A DNA stretch of 64,000 bases from Octopus bimaculoides (taxonomy: Eukaryota), in contig NC_068983.1 of NCBI RefSeq assembly GCF_001194135.2, positions 18,925,037-18,989,036 on the forward strand, read 5' to 3'. How positions within the stretch are numbered: the first letter of the stretch is position 1; each line of letters starts with the position of its first letter. The translations under genes and the position numbers were made by a program. The notes under the pieces were generated by a model. The model saw only the letters and a list, made by a program, of their open reading frames with translations. It had not been told where the DNA came from and did no database searches. Below, in pieces: positions 47,255 through 60,946 of this stretch.

Positions 47255-49289
47255 ATATCAGACAGGGTATTAAGTCTTCGATTTTATTTTCGCATGAGAT
47301 ACAATTACTGCAGTTCCTTTCTCCGTTCTATATTGTTATTACGATTATTGTTATTATTAATTTTCTTGTTAGGTCTATTTGAGCTGCACTTAGTATTATT
47401 AATTCAAACGGCCACAGAAGCACTAACACGCACACATATATACATATCCATATATAAGTTTACATATCTATATGCATGCGTGTGTGTGTATATATATATA
47501 TATATATATGCTTATATGCATTCACAGATATACAAATAGCCATACACAGACAAATATAAACACACACACAAACACACACACACGCACACATATTAGGTCT
47601 TAGGTCTGTCAGGAATATCAACCATAGCGGAGGCCTGTTTCCGTAGCGTATAAAGAAGCATGGCTTCATCATTCACCTCTGAACGGGAAGCGAGTTAGTT
47701 GCAGTGTTACATCTCTAGATGTTTCGAGTATATATTTTAATCTCAAAGAACTAGAGGAATTCGAAGCGAAGAGCTTTGTTCTATAATACAAGCGACACCA
47801 GTATCTATGAAAATAAATCTTGACATCATTGATCATGAATTCTAAACCGTTACTACTAGGCCACCGGGCGAAAGATCGGGAGAAACTCTATACCGTCTGG
47901 CGTGCTTCACAGCCCGGCGAGTTTAATTTCGCCAGTTATTCTTGCACAGTCGATATATAAATTAAGAAGTTATAAGAGTTATTCGAAGCGACTAACGATA
48001 GTTGCCAAAGTGCACAATGTTAGTACACTAGAAAAAAAACTTCTGTTCGAATTTGAGGATCCGATTATACTTCCAGTGACATGATGCTGGACACCGTGAA
48101 TGACCACGTGGACATTTATGAGTTAACTGTGAAATATTTCTGTTATATATTATTTCGCATTACGCATGCATACGCATAAGCATATGCATGAATATACAAA
48201 CATGCATATTTAGTGGTAATAATAGAAAACGAACGATATGAATGGTAGTTCAATTTTTTTTTTACCCGCCCCCTCTAGAGATATCATGATTTAAAACGTA
48301 TCATCAATTTGCAGATAACGAATTTAATTTTACGTGTTGATGAAACAGCTTAACCAAGAATAGTTTTTTAAAAAATTATCTTTTAAGAAAAGTTATAAAA
48401 TCTTTTATCAGGACGTTACAATAAAACATGTTTTTCTTAGTGCGTGTGAGCGCCTTCGTTTGACCTTTTTAAAAACACGTGTTCTTTATATATATATATA
48501 TATATATAGGGTAAAGAACGAAAAATATTTTTATTTACTTTAGAAATGTCCGTATAATGCCATTTTGTATCACTGAGCAACTTGTGATATTTTCATTCCC
48601 GTCGTTCCACTTGCCAATACGAATTTAGACGTACTCTTTTAAATGTAAAATGAACAATCAGCTATTCTAATTGCTTCTCANNNNNNNNNNNNNNNNNNNN
48701 NNNNNNNNNNNNNNNNNNNNNNNNNNNNNNNNNNNNNNNNNNNNNNNNNNNNNNNNNNNNNNNNNNNNNNNNNNNNNNNNNNNNNNNNNNNNNNNNNNNN
48801 NNNNNNNNNNNNNNNNNNNNNNNNNNNNNNNNNNNNNNNNNNNNNNNNNNNNNNNNNNNNNNNNNNNNNNNNNNNNNNNNNNNNNNNNNNNNNNNNNNNN
48901 NNNNNNNNNNNNNNNNNNNNNNNNNNNNNNNNNNNNNNNNNNNNNNNNNNNNNNNNNNNNNNNNNNNNNNNNNNNNNNNNNNNNNNNNNNNNNNNNNNNN
49001 NNNNNNNNNNNNNNNNNNNNNNNNNNNNNNNNNNNNNNNNNNNNNNNNNNNNNNNNNNNNNNNNNNNNNNNNNNNNNNNNNNNNNNNNNNNNNNNNNNNN
49101 NNNNNNNNNNNNNNNNNNNNNNNNNNNNNNNNNNNNNNNNNNNNNNNNNNNNNNNNNNNNNNNNNNNNNNNNNNNNNNNNNNNNNNNNNNNNNNNNNNNN
49201 NNNNNNNNNNNNNNNNNNNNNNNNNNNNNNNNNNNNNNNNNNNNNNNNNNNNNNNNNNNNNNNNNNNNNNNNNNNNNNNNNNNNNNNNN

Positions 49290-49545
49290 AAAGAAGCCCG
49301 TCGTATATATGTATATATATATATATATGTGTGTGTGTTTGTGTGTCTGTGTTTGTCCTCCTAGCATTGCTTGACAATCGATGCTGGTGTGTTTATGTCC
49401 CCGTCACTTAGCGGTTCGGCAAAAAGAGACCGATAGAATAAGTACTAGGCTTACAAAGAATAAGTCCCGGGATCGATTTGCTCGACTAAAGGCGGTGCTC
49501 CAGCATGGCCGCAGTCAAATGACTGAAACAAGTAAAAGAGTAAAA
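49290..49545 (+). mobile_element. SINE family B, 3' part (5' part lies in the gap)
   Basis: Near-identical to the 3' two-thirds of 55546-55953, ending GTAAAAGAGTAAAA. Confidence 0.95.
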
Positions 49546-51977
49546 TAATGTGTGTGTGTGTGTGTGAATGTTTATGTGTGTGTGTGGGCGCGTGTGTGTA
49601 CATATATGTGTATATACATGCAGACTGACGCACACACATGCGCACAAATAAACAAAAAGAACGCAGCTATGATAAAAGACAAGGTCAACGACGATTGAAA
49701 AGTTTGCATGAGGCAACGAAAATGTTACAAAAAATAAATAGCTAAATGAGTGGAAATCGAACAGGTGAGTGTGTTAATTAATAAGGCACTAAAACAGAAT
49801 GACTCTCTCCAGACGCAATAAGATAATATGTTTCCTTGAGAGTTTCATTTCATATTTCAAAACATATTCAAACAGTGGATATTCAAAGCAAAACAGTTTC
49901 GGTTAACGAGCTGATTGTCGAACACCCTAGCAACTCTATGTACAAGAAATCTGAGGTCTTCAGTTAGGTATGTATGTATGTCTATATANNNNNNNNNNNN
50001 NNNNNNNNNNNNNNNNNNNNNNNNNNNNNNNNNNNNNNNNNNNNNNNNNNNNNNNNNNNNNNNNNNNNNNNNNNNNNNNNNNNNNNNNNNNNNNNNNNNN
50101 NNNNNNNNNNNNNNNNNNNNNNNNNNNNNNNNNNNNNNNNNNNNATATATATATATATATACACACATATACATGTCTGTCTATAATTTTGTAAAGTACA
50201 ACTTTATGCTTAACGATGAATATTGTTGGCGGTGACTTCGAAAATACTGCCAGGTAAGCCATCGTCGAACTGAAATGAATTACACGTTACCTTCTAACTA
50301 GTTTCCAATAATTGCACACCCAGAAAATGATAACGAGAGAGAAAAATTTGGATCTCCAAAACCTAGCTACCAACTATATATGAATAAAGTCTCGACAACA
50401 GCGGTTACCAGAAATAAAATGTGTAATATATAAACAACAAGCTTCATACAATTACTTCAATCCATGAGTATAGAAAACGGAAAATCAACTGCTTTAATCA
50501 ACGCGCTTCAAAATATAAGTATTCACGAACATAACTAAATTATATTTCACAATACTGAAACAGGTACTACAAACATTGTAACAGACACGTTAGCATACTC
50601 CACTAACAACAACTGTAAAAACACTCTAGCCAATTACAAACAAAAATATTGTCTAAAAGGGAAGCCTAAATCACACAAATATTAACAAAGGCGGAAAATG
50701 TCTCTCCCAAAATAATCGTTTGTTGCGCAACAGTGTCAACCATGATGACAAAAAGTACTATATCTAAACATATAAGATCTACAGCGAATTAGTTCAAGGT
50801 GTGACACAACGAACAACACGCATAGATTTCGCACACCAAATATACACCAACAATCTTTGATCATCTCTTAATTTCTCTTTCTGGGTGATGTGATTTTTCC
50901 TAATTTGCCCGAGTAATTTTATTGCAGATTCCTTGACAGAAAGTTTCCTTTCCATTTCAGACTACATTTAAAAGATATATCAATCTTGATGCTTCACGTT
51001 TTCCTTACGTTTCTGCAAAGCAGGATATTGTTCGAAAGAAAGCAAAACCAGCTTTTGGTGATTCATACTTTTAAGCAAATTGTTTTAAACGTCATATGGA
51101 TCCTACTCAACTGCTCAAGTTATCGTGTCCTCCATTTGTCACGGCGCTAATGTTAGAGAATGGATTTGTCTCTAACCTTTGAACTGGATGTTTTCTACAT
51201 CGCATGCTTCAGTATAGTGTGAGAAACATTCAAATACAGAAGTTATTTTGAGCGTTTCACTTAGAGTTAATTTAAAGTTATTATATTAATTCGTATAACA
51301 ATATACAGGAAAAAGGATCATATGAATATTCAGATATTCTTTACAATTCCAGGAGGCATTTCTGAAATATTGAATGATGAATAATCTAAATTTTTGCAAC
51401 AAACCACAGTAATTGATGTAGGTTTATTATAACGAGTAACCATTTCAGCTGTGATTGGCTGTCCGCTGAATTTTGTTTCGCATATTTGTATCAGCCTTTT
51501 CATTAAGAATTGTGTGAAAATATTTTCTGTTCGACAAATCATTCAGCTTTGTTTTGCAGAATTCTTGCTTAAAGCATTGGGTACTGAATCTTAGATTTGT
51601 GTACTCTAGAAAAAGATATATATAGTTGATAAACGGGGGTGGTATGAGTAACTTAATCAGCAATAAAATACGCCGAAATACGAGTAATTTTGTTCAAACA
51701 AAATTCACATTTTCCAACATTTTTTGGCCTAATATGTATATAGTCTATTACGGAGGACATTCCAGTATATATTGTTCATCAAAACATATATTACGGATTA
51801 AAATTTTGGAATCCCACACTTTAAATATACTATATATTATTTTCAAACTTTGACACAAGGCAGCAAAATCGGAAATAGGAATTTGAACAGCAGAATTTGA
51901 ACTCTGAAGGTAAAGTCGGTTGAAACGCTGCCGGTGTGCTAATGATTGTGCCATCTCACTGTCTTCCATTGTATATT

Positions 51978-52120
51978 TGATATTGGGTTTCAAATTTCCA
52001 CACATGCTCAGCAATTTCAGGAAGAGGGCGAGTCGTTTAAATCCACCCCAGTGTTTAACTGGTAGTTATTTCATCGAATCCAATAGGATCAAAGGCAAAG
52101 TCGACCTCGGCGGAATCTGA
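51978..52120 (-). mobile_element. SINE family A, 5'-truncated copy
   Basis: AAAGGCAAAGTCGACCTCGGCGGAAT and ACCCCAGTG..ACTGGTA are reverse complements of family motifs. Confidence 0.85.
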
Positions 52121-55100
52121 TGGGATAATGTAAAGACATTATTAGTTAGAATTGTTCCGGTGCAGTAAGCTCGCTGTCTTATGCACTATATTTGATATTA
52201 CAGATAAAAAGTGACTGGTATACTACATGAATGAAAAATATTATGAAAAATATTTGGTGTTATATCAAATAAGATTGTATATTTGATATACATTAGATGA
52301 ATTTGAAACCACATAAATTATTATTCATATGAAATAAATGCGAGACAAAAAGTGTAACATTTGTTCCAATTATACTTAGTAACATAATTTATTTGTGTAA
52401 AATATATAAAAAACAAATTTATAAGATCTTACAAAACATGGATGAAGGAATTCATCTTTAAAGTGGTGGTTCTTTGAATTTAAGCATATAACAATGCTCC
52501 ACTTATTACAAGCATTCATTCTGTAGCGTAAATATCATCTAGGTTTTGGTATAGATCTTACAGCAAGGAAGATTGACTAGAACATCCGGGAGACACAGTG
52601 TCTTAATCAGTGAAGTTATGACACGTGCTAAGTATCGCGAAATTATGATTTCATTATCGTAAGCAAAATGCTGGTGAAAGTAGATCAATTTCCCTGCCTA
52701 GCCAGTATCAGCACGAATATTGAAAAAAACTCATTTGTACAAGGAAATATGAGATAGACATCATGAATATCACTATGATCAATGACGGGACATTCGGATA
52801 ATAGTAAAGTAAAAAAAAAAACACACAAGAATAGATGGAATACTGCTTGTTCGATAGATTCAAATGTGTGCATATACCTGTATACATACACGAAGAAACA
52901 GACAATCCTGCATACATACAATCTCCCACATGCGCATATAGTAGCAAATATAATTTTCTACACAAGAAAATCCGAGCTCAAACACGGAGACAAATATTGT
53001 TATATTGATATAGAGGAGGGAAAGAGGGAGGGAGAGAGGGGGGTGCTGAACGTCAGTTTTTATAAACGGATAAAATTACATAATCAATACAATTTTGTTT
53101 GTATATTATGTTGTATACGATGATTAGAGAGTAAAATGTGTTACTTGATATACAGGAAGGTTTGAGAATTATTGTTGAAACGTCTTTCATCAAACTTTCT
53201 TAAGTGTAGGCTGAAGTGCGGTTAAACAGGAATACCGCAAATAAATTATATTTGAACAGAAAATGAACGTATAGATTTTCTACTCATGCGTTTTATTAAT
53301 TAGACCAATTATTAAAAAGGTAATTAACATTTAAACATATATTGAGATTTAATATCAAAGTGAAAGTACCATGAACTAGCTGAAGATCGTATTTCCCACG
53401 TAAGAAAATAATGTGTGTGTATATGTGTGCGCGAGTGAGGAGATTTATGTTTATAGGTGATCGTCCATAAAGTTACACACCATAATAGATATGTGTGTGC
53501 ATGTGTATGTGTGTGAATGTATATATATATATATATATATANNNNNNNNNNTACTTCATTTAGAGAATTAACATTGCTTATATATATATGTATATATATA
53601 TATATATATATACATTGAGGGATGTACACGTACATAGCTAGTGACATATTACCTGATTCCCAAAATATTAATGAAATAAATACATGAATTTTAGCAACGT
53701 GACCATAATATATGCGTAAAGTTGTTTCAGTTGTGTATTCAATATTTGTGCTTATGTGTTCCTCGGTTGTTATTCACATCTGCATGCAATACAATATAAT
53801 ACATGATATATTATATCATATAATATATATAAGATATATATATAACTGGAGGACATTATAAACACATTCGTTGACACAGTTATGCATAAGAGGTACACAC
53901 GTACACAATCATACGCCCATAGCACACTCACATTCACATATACATATATGTGTATGTATATGTATTTACATACAAAAAGTAATGGAATAATCAAGACGAT
54001 ACACTTATACGTGCAGAAGACATACGGGGAGGTTGGTAAACGGTTGTGTGTATTGAATGTAGTCTTGGGTTCATTTAAATTGTTGTATGGTTGTTAAATC
54101 AAATCGATAGCATATATTGAATTGGTCAATTTATTATCGAATATTACATTATTTCATTAACAATTTGAACTATCCTTTGGGTTTACAAGTAATTAATGTT
54201 CTTGCTTGATTTCCTGCACATTAAAGTCACGAAGAATCTATATTCAATTCATTTGATTTTATTACTACAATTATTGAATTGTATTTGAAATCACAGTGGT
54301 TGTGGTTATCATTATACACGTAGAAAGATAATCACATATTTTCAAAAGCGTCCTACTATATTATACGTGCTTCATGAATACGTGTGTGCAAGCTTGCCAG
54401 TCGTGTTTCGCAAGATGATAATAACGTCCACCAGTCATCTTTCACGAGGTAATGAAGTAAATTTGACATACACATTGTTTTAGTGATTTGAAGTCTTAAA
54501 TGATAAACTTTAATGAAGCATGCATTTCTTAAATTTGGACTTAATTCTCCTTATATTTTACATATTTTCAACTCGTTCTTGTATCAAAATATTACAATGC
54601 TATCTATATCAAAGCTAAAGGGCATTTTCAAGAATTGATTGCAAGTAAAATATCAGTAACTTTCTAATTTGTGGTTACACGTGAAACAGCTAGCGTGGTA
54701 TTTTAAAAATCTAGTATTTATCACATATTTAATTGCGAGTCCCAACTACATATAGGGGATATAGAGGAGGGTAATATTGAGTTCAATGATATTATAAAAG
54801 GCGTTGATATAAATAAACGAAGCGTGGATTGAAATGTTTTAACGATTGCATATTCTAAGACCATATCATTAAATTAACTCATAGACACATCTGCATAAGT
54901 GGAAATATGAGGATTGCACAATATATTGCACATGTGGTTTTTATTGTCTTGTCGATGATGTAGCTATAGCTACAGCTGTGGTTTGAGCCCAAATGCAATG
55001 ATGTAAATTAAAACTCTACATCTAGATTTCATATTTTCTTTGTAAGATGGCTGGATTAGTGTAAAATACCAAATGGAATATGAGAATTAGAAATATTCTG

Positions 55101-55545
55101 AGAACGCAAAGGTATGATGAGGCTTTTGAGGAATTTGTAAAGAAAGAAATTAAACATAAACAACTGCTATGAAATTTTAATGCGCTTGAATTTTTGTTTT
55201 ACTAGGAAAACCATCTACAATAGCGTAGGAATTACTTTCAATGATGATTTAGAGCAATTGAATGAACTCTAGCAGGCCAAGGCAACAGAACATTTTGTTA
55301 GAAATCGCTAATTTCAATTTCTTTTGAGGCCTCGATGAATAATGCTCAGGGAACAGAGAAACGCAGTGAAATTAGGAAAGTCTTAACGTTATCCATTCAT
55401 AAAATTCCATGCAAAATTAATGAATCGTGGAAGAAAAATGGAAATGCTCTTCGCATGTTTATTTCTGAAGTCAAAAGTGTTTGCATTTACTGGTAATTGT
55501 GCTCTTAGCTTTAAAATGTTCGTTTTGCTTATAATATTTACAATA

Positions 55546-55953
55546 GGCGTAGGAGTGGCTGTGTGGTAAGTAGCTTGCTTACCAACCACATGGTCCCGGG
55601 TTCAGTCCCACTGCATGGCATCTTGGGCAAGTGTCTTCTACTATAGCCTCGGGCCGACCAAACCCTTGTGAGTGGATTTGGTAGACGGAAACTGAAAGAA
55701 GCCTGTCGTATATAGGTATATATATATGTATGTGTGTATGTGTTTGTATGTCTGTGTTTGTCCCCCCAACATCGGTTGACAACCTATGCTGGTGTGTTTA
55801 TGTCCCCGTAACTTAGCGGTTCGGCAAAGAGACCGATAGAATAAGTACTAGGCTTCCAAAGAATAAGTCCTGGGGTCAATTTGCTCGACTAAAGGCGGTG
55901 CTCCAGCATGGCCACAGTCAAAAGACTGAAACAAGTAAAAGAGTAAAAGAGTA
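55546..55953 (+). mobile_element. SINE family B (tRNA-derived head, CORE-like CTTGGGCAAGT motif), full-length
   Basis: A-box-like TGGCTGTGTGG, B-box-like GGGTTCAGTCCC, CTTGGGCAAGT similar to the CORE-SINE motif, internal (TA)/(TG) tract, short tandem (GTAAAAGA) tail; four other copies in the window. Confidence 0.9.
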
Positions 55954-56136
55954 ATTGAAATACCGTATTCGAAGCATTAAGCCGTTGGCTACTACCCGTG
56001 TGCGAGATTAAGAATTTTACTTCCATATTGTATTATGAATTATGTCTTTTAATATCTCAAAACTATTAGAAATCCAGTTTAAGCATTGGAAATCGTAATA
56101 TACATCTACTTGTGGAATACAGTGCCAAGTTTATTC

Positions 56137-56177
<41 letters not shown>

Positions 56178-57351
56178 TTTGAGTTTTATCATGGCTACCG
56201 AATAGGTGTCACATATTTTTCCAGATAAATTCCTATATTTACATAATATCGAAGTCTCTTTCTTTCTTTTATTGTCTTTCCTATCAATACATATATATAT
56301 ANNNNNNNNNNNNNNNNNNNNNNNNNNNNNNNNNNNNNNNNNNNNNNNNNNNNNNNNNNNNNNNNNNNNNNNNNNNNNNNNNNNNNNNNNNNNNNNNNNN
56401 NNNNNNNNNNNNNNNNNNNNNNNNNNNNNNNNNNNNNNNNNNNNNNNNNNNNNNNNNNNNTGTGTGTGTGTGTGTGTGTTTGTGTGTGTGTATACTAGTA
56501 GGACCCGTGTAATTTCCTCGGAAGGAAAAAATTTAAGAGCACCTATTTAAGAAAGAATGTATGATTTGCATTTTTATAGTATTCATATTTTAAATTTCTT
56601 TAAATATTCATTCGTCTACATTCATTACCTCATGTTTCGGTCAGTGTTGTCTTTTCCTCTTGTTATTATATCATCTCGCTGATCCTCTCTAATCCGTGCT
56701 CCATATCTGCCCATCCTTTCTCGAGTAGCCTGCTACAATGTTTCTTGTGAATCCAGACTTTAGACTAAATTAACCCTTATACGCAATTTTTAAGCGAGCA
56801 GACGAAAAATATTTGCACTTATGTATATATGCGATGGTCGATTTCAAAAATAGTATTTCAAAAAAAAAAAAATCTTTTNNNNNNNNNNAAAAAAAAAAAA
56901 AATCTTTTCAATATCAACACACCACCACAACCACCACCACAGTCTGTCTCCCTCTTTTTCTCTCTCTTTCTCTATCTATTTCTCTCAGTGTGAGTACCTC
57001 CCCTGTCCCTCTCCGTTTACCGTTCCCTGCAGCTAACTTTTTAAACACGTAATAAGTTTTCCTTCCCCACCTCACATTACGTAATTAACACTTCTTTCTT
57101 ACTTCTTTTTTTTCTTTCGTCTTTTCCTCTCGCGTTTTCACATCATTTCTCAATTGACCACGTGACCATTTGGCCTAAACGCATTAATATTTATGACCTT
57201 TCTCCATTTCCTTCTCCCTTCTTTCTTCATTCCTTCCCTGTCTTTCACTCTTACTCCATCTCTCACTCACTCCACCTCCACCTCTCTAACTAATAAACAA
57301 CGGACGAACCAACGAGCAGATTATAGTAGCGATATATATATGTGTGTGTGT

Positions 57352-57395
<44 letters not shown>

Positions 57396-58624
57396 ATATC
57401 TTTATACATACACATACAGACACACACAAGCCTACATACGCACATACAAATACACACACACAGACGCATACACATACTTATAAATATGCATATAAACTCA
57501 AATAATGAGAAAATGATAACAGTCTTTTTCTCCTCAGAAAGCGTTGCCAATATTTCCGCACATTGAGCAATTGGAAAATGTATTATAGTTTGACTCATTC
57601 TGTAAAACAGTAAATACAGAAAGTTTTAGAAAATAATAAAATAAATTACAAAATACGTGACAATTGATAGTTTCTATGAACTCTGACCAACAGAAATAGC
57701 AGCTGTCCGTGTTGCAGTCTAAATTTATTGTTAGTCCAATTTTACACCTACACTTATTGATCCATTACATAAACTCTTTAGATATCAAGTGTGCTTAAAG
57801 CAAATGAATACGCGTATTTTGCTGATGGAATCTTTGAGTACAACTTCAATAACTTTGCGTCTTATTTCAAACTAAGAATATTTCCTTATATTTTTGATGA
57901 AAGAATTAATATTTCTTGCTCCAAGTAATCGGTTTTGGTTTGATGTTATGGAAATTCAAAATATGAATTCCTTCAGCAAGTACTAAAATAAATTTCAGAA
58001 AAATCGCATGCCCTTCTATTGTTTCCCTATCTGTTTTCGTAGTAGGCATTATTTTTATGGCTGCATCGAATTTAGATGCATTTGATTTTTTGAGGGGAAT
58101 TTATAAGAATACTGCTTACTATGAAAATAAATGTAAGATGAATAGGCGTGCATGCATAATTAAAACATAAAGGCATACAAAATATCAACTACATATAAAA
58201 GATTAGAACATCTTCCATAAAAAAGAAGAAAACAAAAGGAATTACACAATCACAAAAGTAAATAATTTCCATCTAGTCTGCTTCGTAGCTATGGGATTCT
58301 GAAATTTGATATTATATGCAGACAAATAACATAGTAGATTTCATCATTTATAAACTCCCACAAAAACGTGAGGCATTGTGCTTATATACAAAGAATCACC
58401 CTGTTCTTCAAGGAAATCAGTATATGTTCGCCCAAACACGTCCCTATATATAATTAATGCAACTTCAGAAACGTTCGTTGAATCACTTGAGTTAACTTTG
58501 TTAATTTTCAAACTAGATGAAATCCGTTCGAAACACAGGCAGAACGAATCTATTATGAAACACTTCCCTGTATATAGTAGTAGCTAAATCTCAACTGGAT
58601 AATCTTGGACATCATTATCTAAAC

Positions 58625-60946
58625 CATCGGCTCCGGAAGTGGACGGTACCGATCCCAGGGTAGGGGGAGATTCCANNNNNNNNNNNNNNNNNNNNNNNGC
58701 TGAAAGTTTAGGAGGGCGTTAGGTGGGCTGTAGATGTCAGGTGTGGGGAACGGATTAAAACTTGTGGAAAATTTGTGGAAAGGCAAGTTACGAAAGTCTG
58801 ACAAATAAACACGTTTAAGTGTCACATATGTCTTAATTCCTTTGATGAGATCTTCGTAATGGGAATGACAAAACGCCATAGATATCCAGATAAATTTGAA
58901 AAAGATATTTCAGATAAAACATAATGACCACGGGATTTTATGCAGTTGTTCATGGAACGAAGTGTCCAGTGATACCACTGTAGTCACATGACATATGATG
59001 GGATTATTTTCTCTTTGGCGTAGTCGAACGCTGTAGTGTGAGAGTCGGCTGCCGCATCGCTATAGGCGCTGTAATACGTGTTAACGCCTCGTTTTATATT
59101 GTCTGCTGCTTGGCGCCAGAAACTTAGCTTTGACTAGTTGGCGTTTGGATTTTGATCTGTCCACAAGTCATCGCTGTGCTGTCGGTTGTGATTTCTCAAC
59201 CAATGCACACATATTTCTCCGACATTCAACCACTAACATGGCAACTCTAATGTAGTACACTCATAATGCATAAAATCGTACATTCAGGTGGATAACCCTT
59301 TTGTGGAACAATCATGAAAATGTCAGTAAGTCTTTATATGTAGTTTTGCAGATACCTTCCTTTGTAACTTCGAAGTCATGAACATTATATTTCAAAGACT
59401 TGTGCAACAAACATGGCACGAACCAAATATTACATGGCATGTTTGCCGCTGCGTCACATAACAATGACGATGGGCTACACGCTTCTTACAATATTGATCT
59501 TCTTAATTCGAAGGCACCAAAGTCCATAAAATTTGGGTATTTTAATTGCTCCAATCATTCGAGAAATTATGATAACTGTTCTGAAGAAAAATCCTGGACC
59601 AGTTTTGAAAGCTCTCTTTTTGAGCAATACTACCGTACAGAGGCTCATTGACGAGATGGCCGGTGATACTGAAGAAAATGTTTGCAACATTTTGCGAAAC
59701 ACAGAGTTTAGCTTGCGACTAGACAAATCAACTTTGCCCAACAATGAATCTCTTCTCTTGGCATATATGTGTGCCATTCATGTTGGGAAACTATTTCAAG
59801 AAATGCTGTTTTTCTCGCACTATGGGAACTGATACTAAACAACACTCTGTATTTCACACTGTGGAGGAATCTTTGAACCTAAAAGGAATACGAATGAAAA
59901 ACGTTCTTGCATGTACAACAGACAGTGCTGGTTCTATCGTTGTGCGGTACCGAGGTTTCATCGCATTTATCAAGCAGCAGTCCCAAACATTATGGCCATT
60001 CACTGCATCATCCATCGACAATATTTAGTCACCACACACATCACACAACATCTAAACGCTTCTCTGACCAGCGTGATTGAAGCTGTGAACAAAACAAGTC
60101 TCACCCGTTAAATTCGGGACTTTTCAAATAGTTTTGTTCTGAAAACGACGAAGAATTTGAGTGGCTCCTACTGCGCACACAGGTGCGATGTCTTTCTAAA
60201 GGAAACTGTCGTATTCGCCTTTTCTCGTTCTTTCCTTGTGTCGTTAGTTTTTTAGTCAGTGGAATCGTTGCTAGCAGAACGACTCACAGCCTTCAGACCG
60301 CACGTTGTTTGCTTAGCTGACATTCTTGCGAAGATCAACAACCTGAAACTCCAACTGCAAGGTGACGACACAAACCTCATCAAATCCAAGGCTGCCATCT
60401 CTGGTTTCACCGCGAAACTGCCCTTTTAACAGCGAAATATTGGAAGCAAATACTTCTGCCAATTTCCAAACCATAGGCAACTGGGAGAATGCCCATCTGA
60501 TGATGCGTTTCTCCGTTTCACAGAGCATCTCAAGAGCGTTGGAGCTGACATAAAACTGCGTTTTCAGCATTTGTCAGATGTGGAAATCCCACCTTGGATC
60601 TTGGTCTCTTTTCAGATCACATCGATCGACATGAACAGGTCCATTGAGAGAGAAGTTATTGAGACAGCATATTTTTTTTAAACCACACGCTTTCCAGGAA
60701 TTGTGGCTGAAGTACACTATTCCAGAAAAATCTCATGCAATGTGGGTAAAGGCAAAATTGTTTTTTATAGTCTTCCCAAAGTCGTATTTAGTTGAAAGAA
60801 GTTTTAGTGTGGTGTCCCAGATTCTCAACAAGTCGAGAAATCGCCTGGATATTGTGTAGAGAGGAGACTTGCAACTTCACCTTACTGCTATGAAGCCCAA
60901 TTTTGAAGAACTCTTAACCTAGCACCAAATTCATCCTTCACATTAA
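58625..60946 (+). mobile_element. Decayed hAT (Charlie/Buster-like) DNA transposon with transposase pseudogene (~59370-60946)
   Basis: DGLHASYNI; LSNTTVQRLIDEMA; FSLRLDKST (first catalytic D region); TTDSA; IHCIIHRQ (CxxH); QVRCLSKG (RW); LADI..KINNL..QLQG; FPKSYLVERSFS (catalytic E); RNRLDI..GDL..HQIHPSH*. Charlie-like 5' end CATCGGCTCCGGAAGTGGACGGTACCG preceded by ATCTAAAC; multiple frameshifts and stops; 3' TIR not identified. Confidence 0.9.

Noticed and set aside
51330-51663. Minus-strand ORFs with faint L1/Tx1-like wording (KYFHTIL, GQPIT)
   Set aside because: Too few residues match and no RT core motifs are nearby
55060-55400. Protein-like fragments broken by stops (MRIRNILRTQRYDEAFEEF..., KTIYNSVGITFNDDLEQ...)
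   Set aside because: No recognisable family; may be chance or an unidentifiable old TE
55546-55620. tRNA gene
   Set aside because: A/B-box-like head of a SINE; no complete cloverleaf, and it continues into the SINE body
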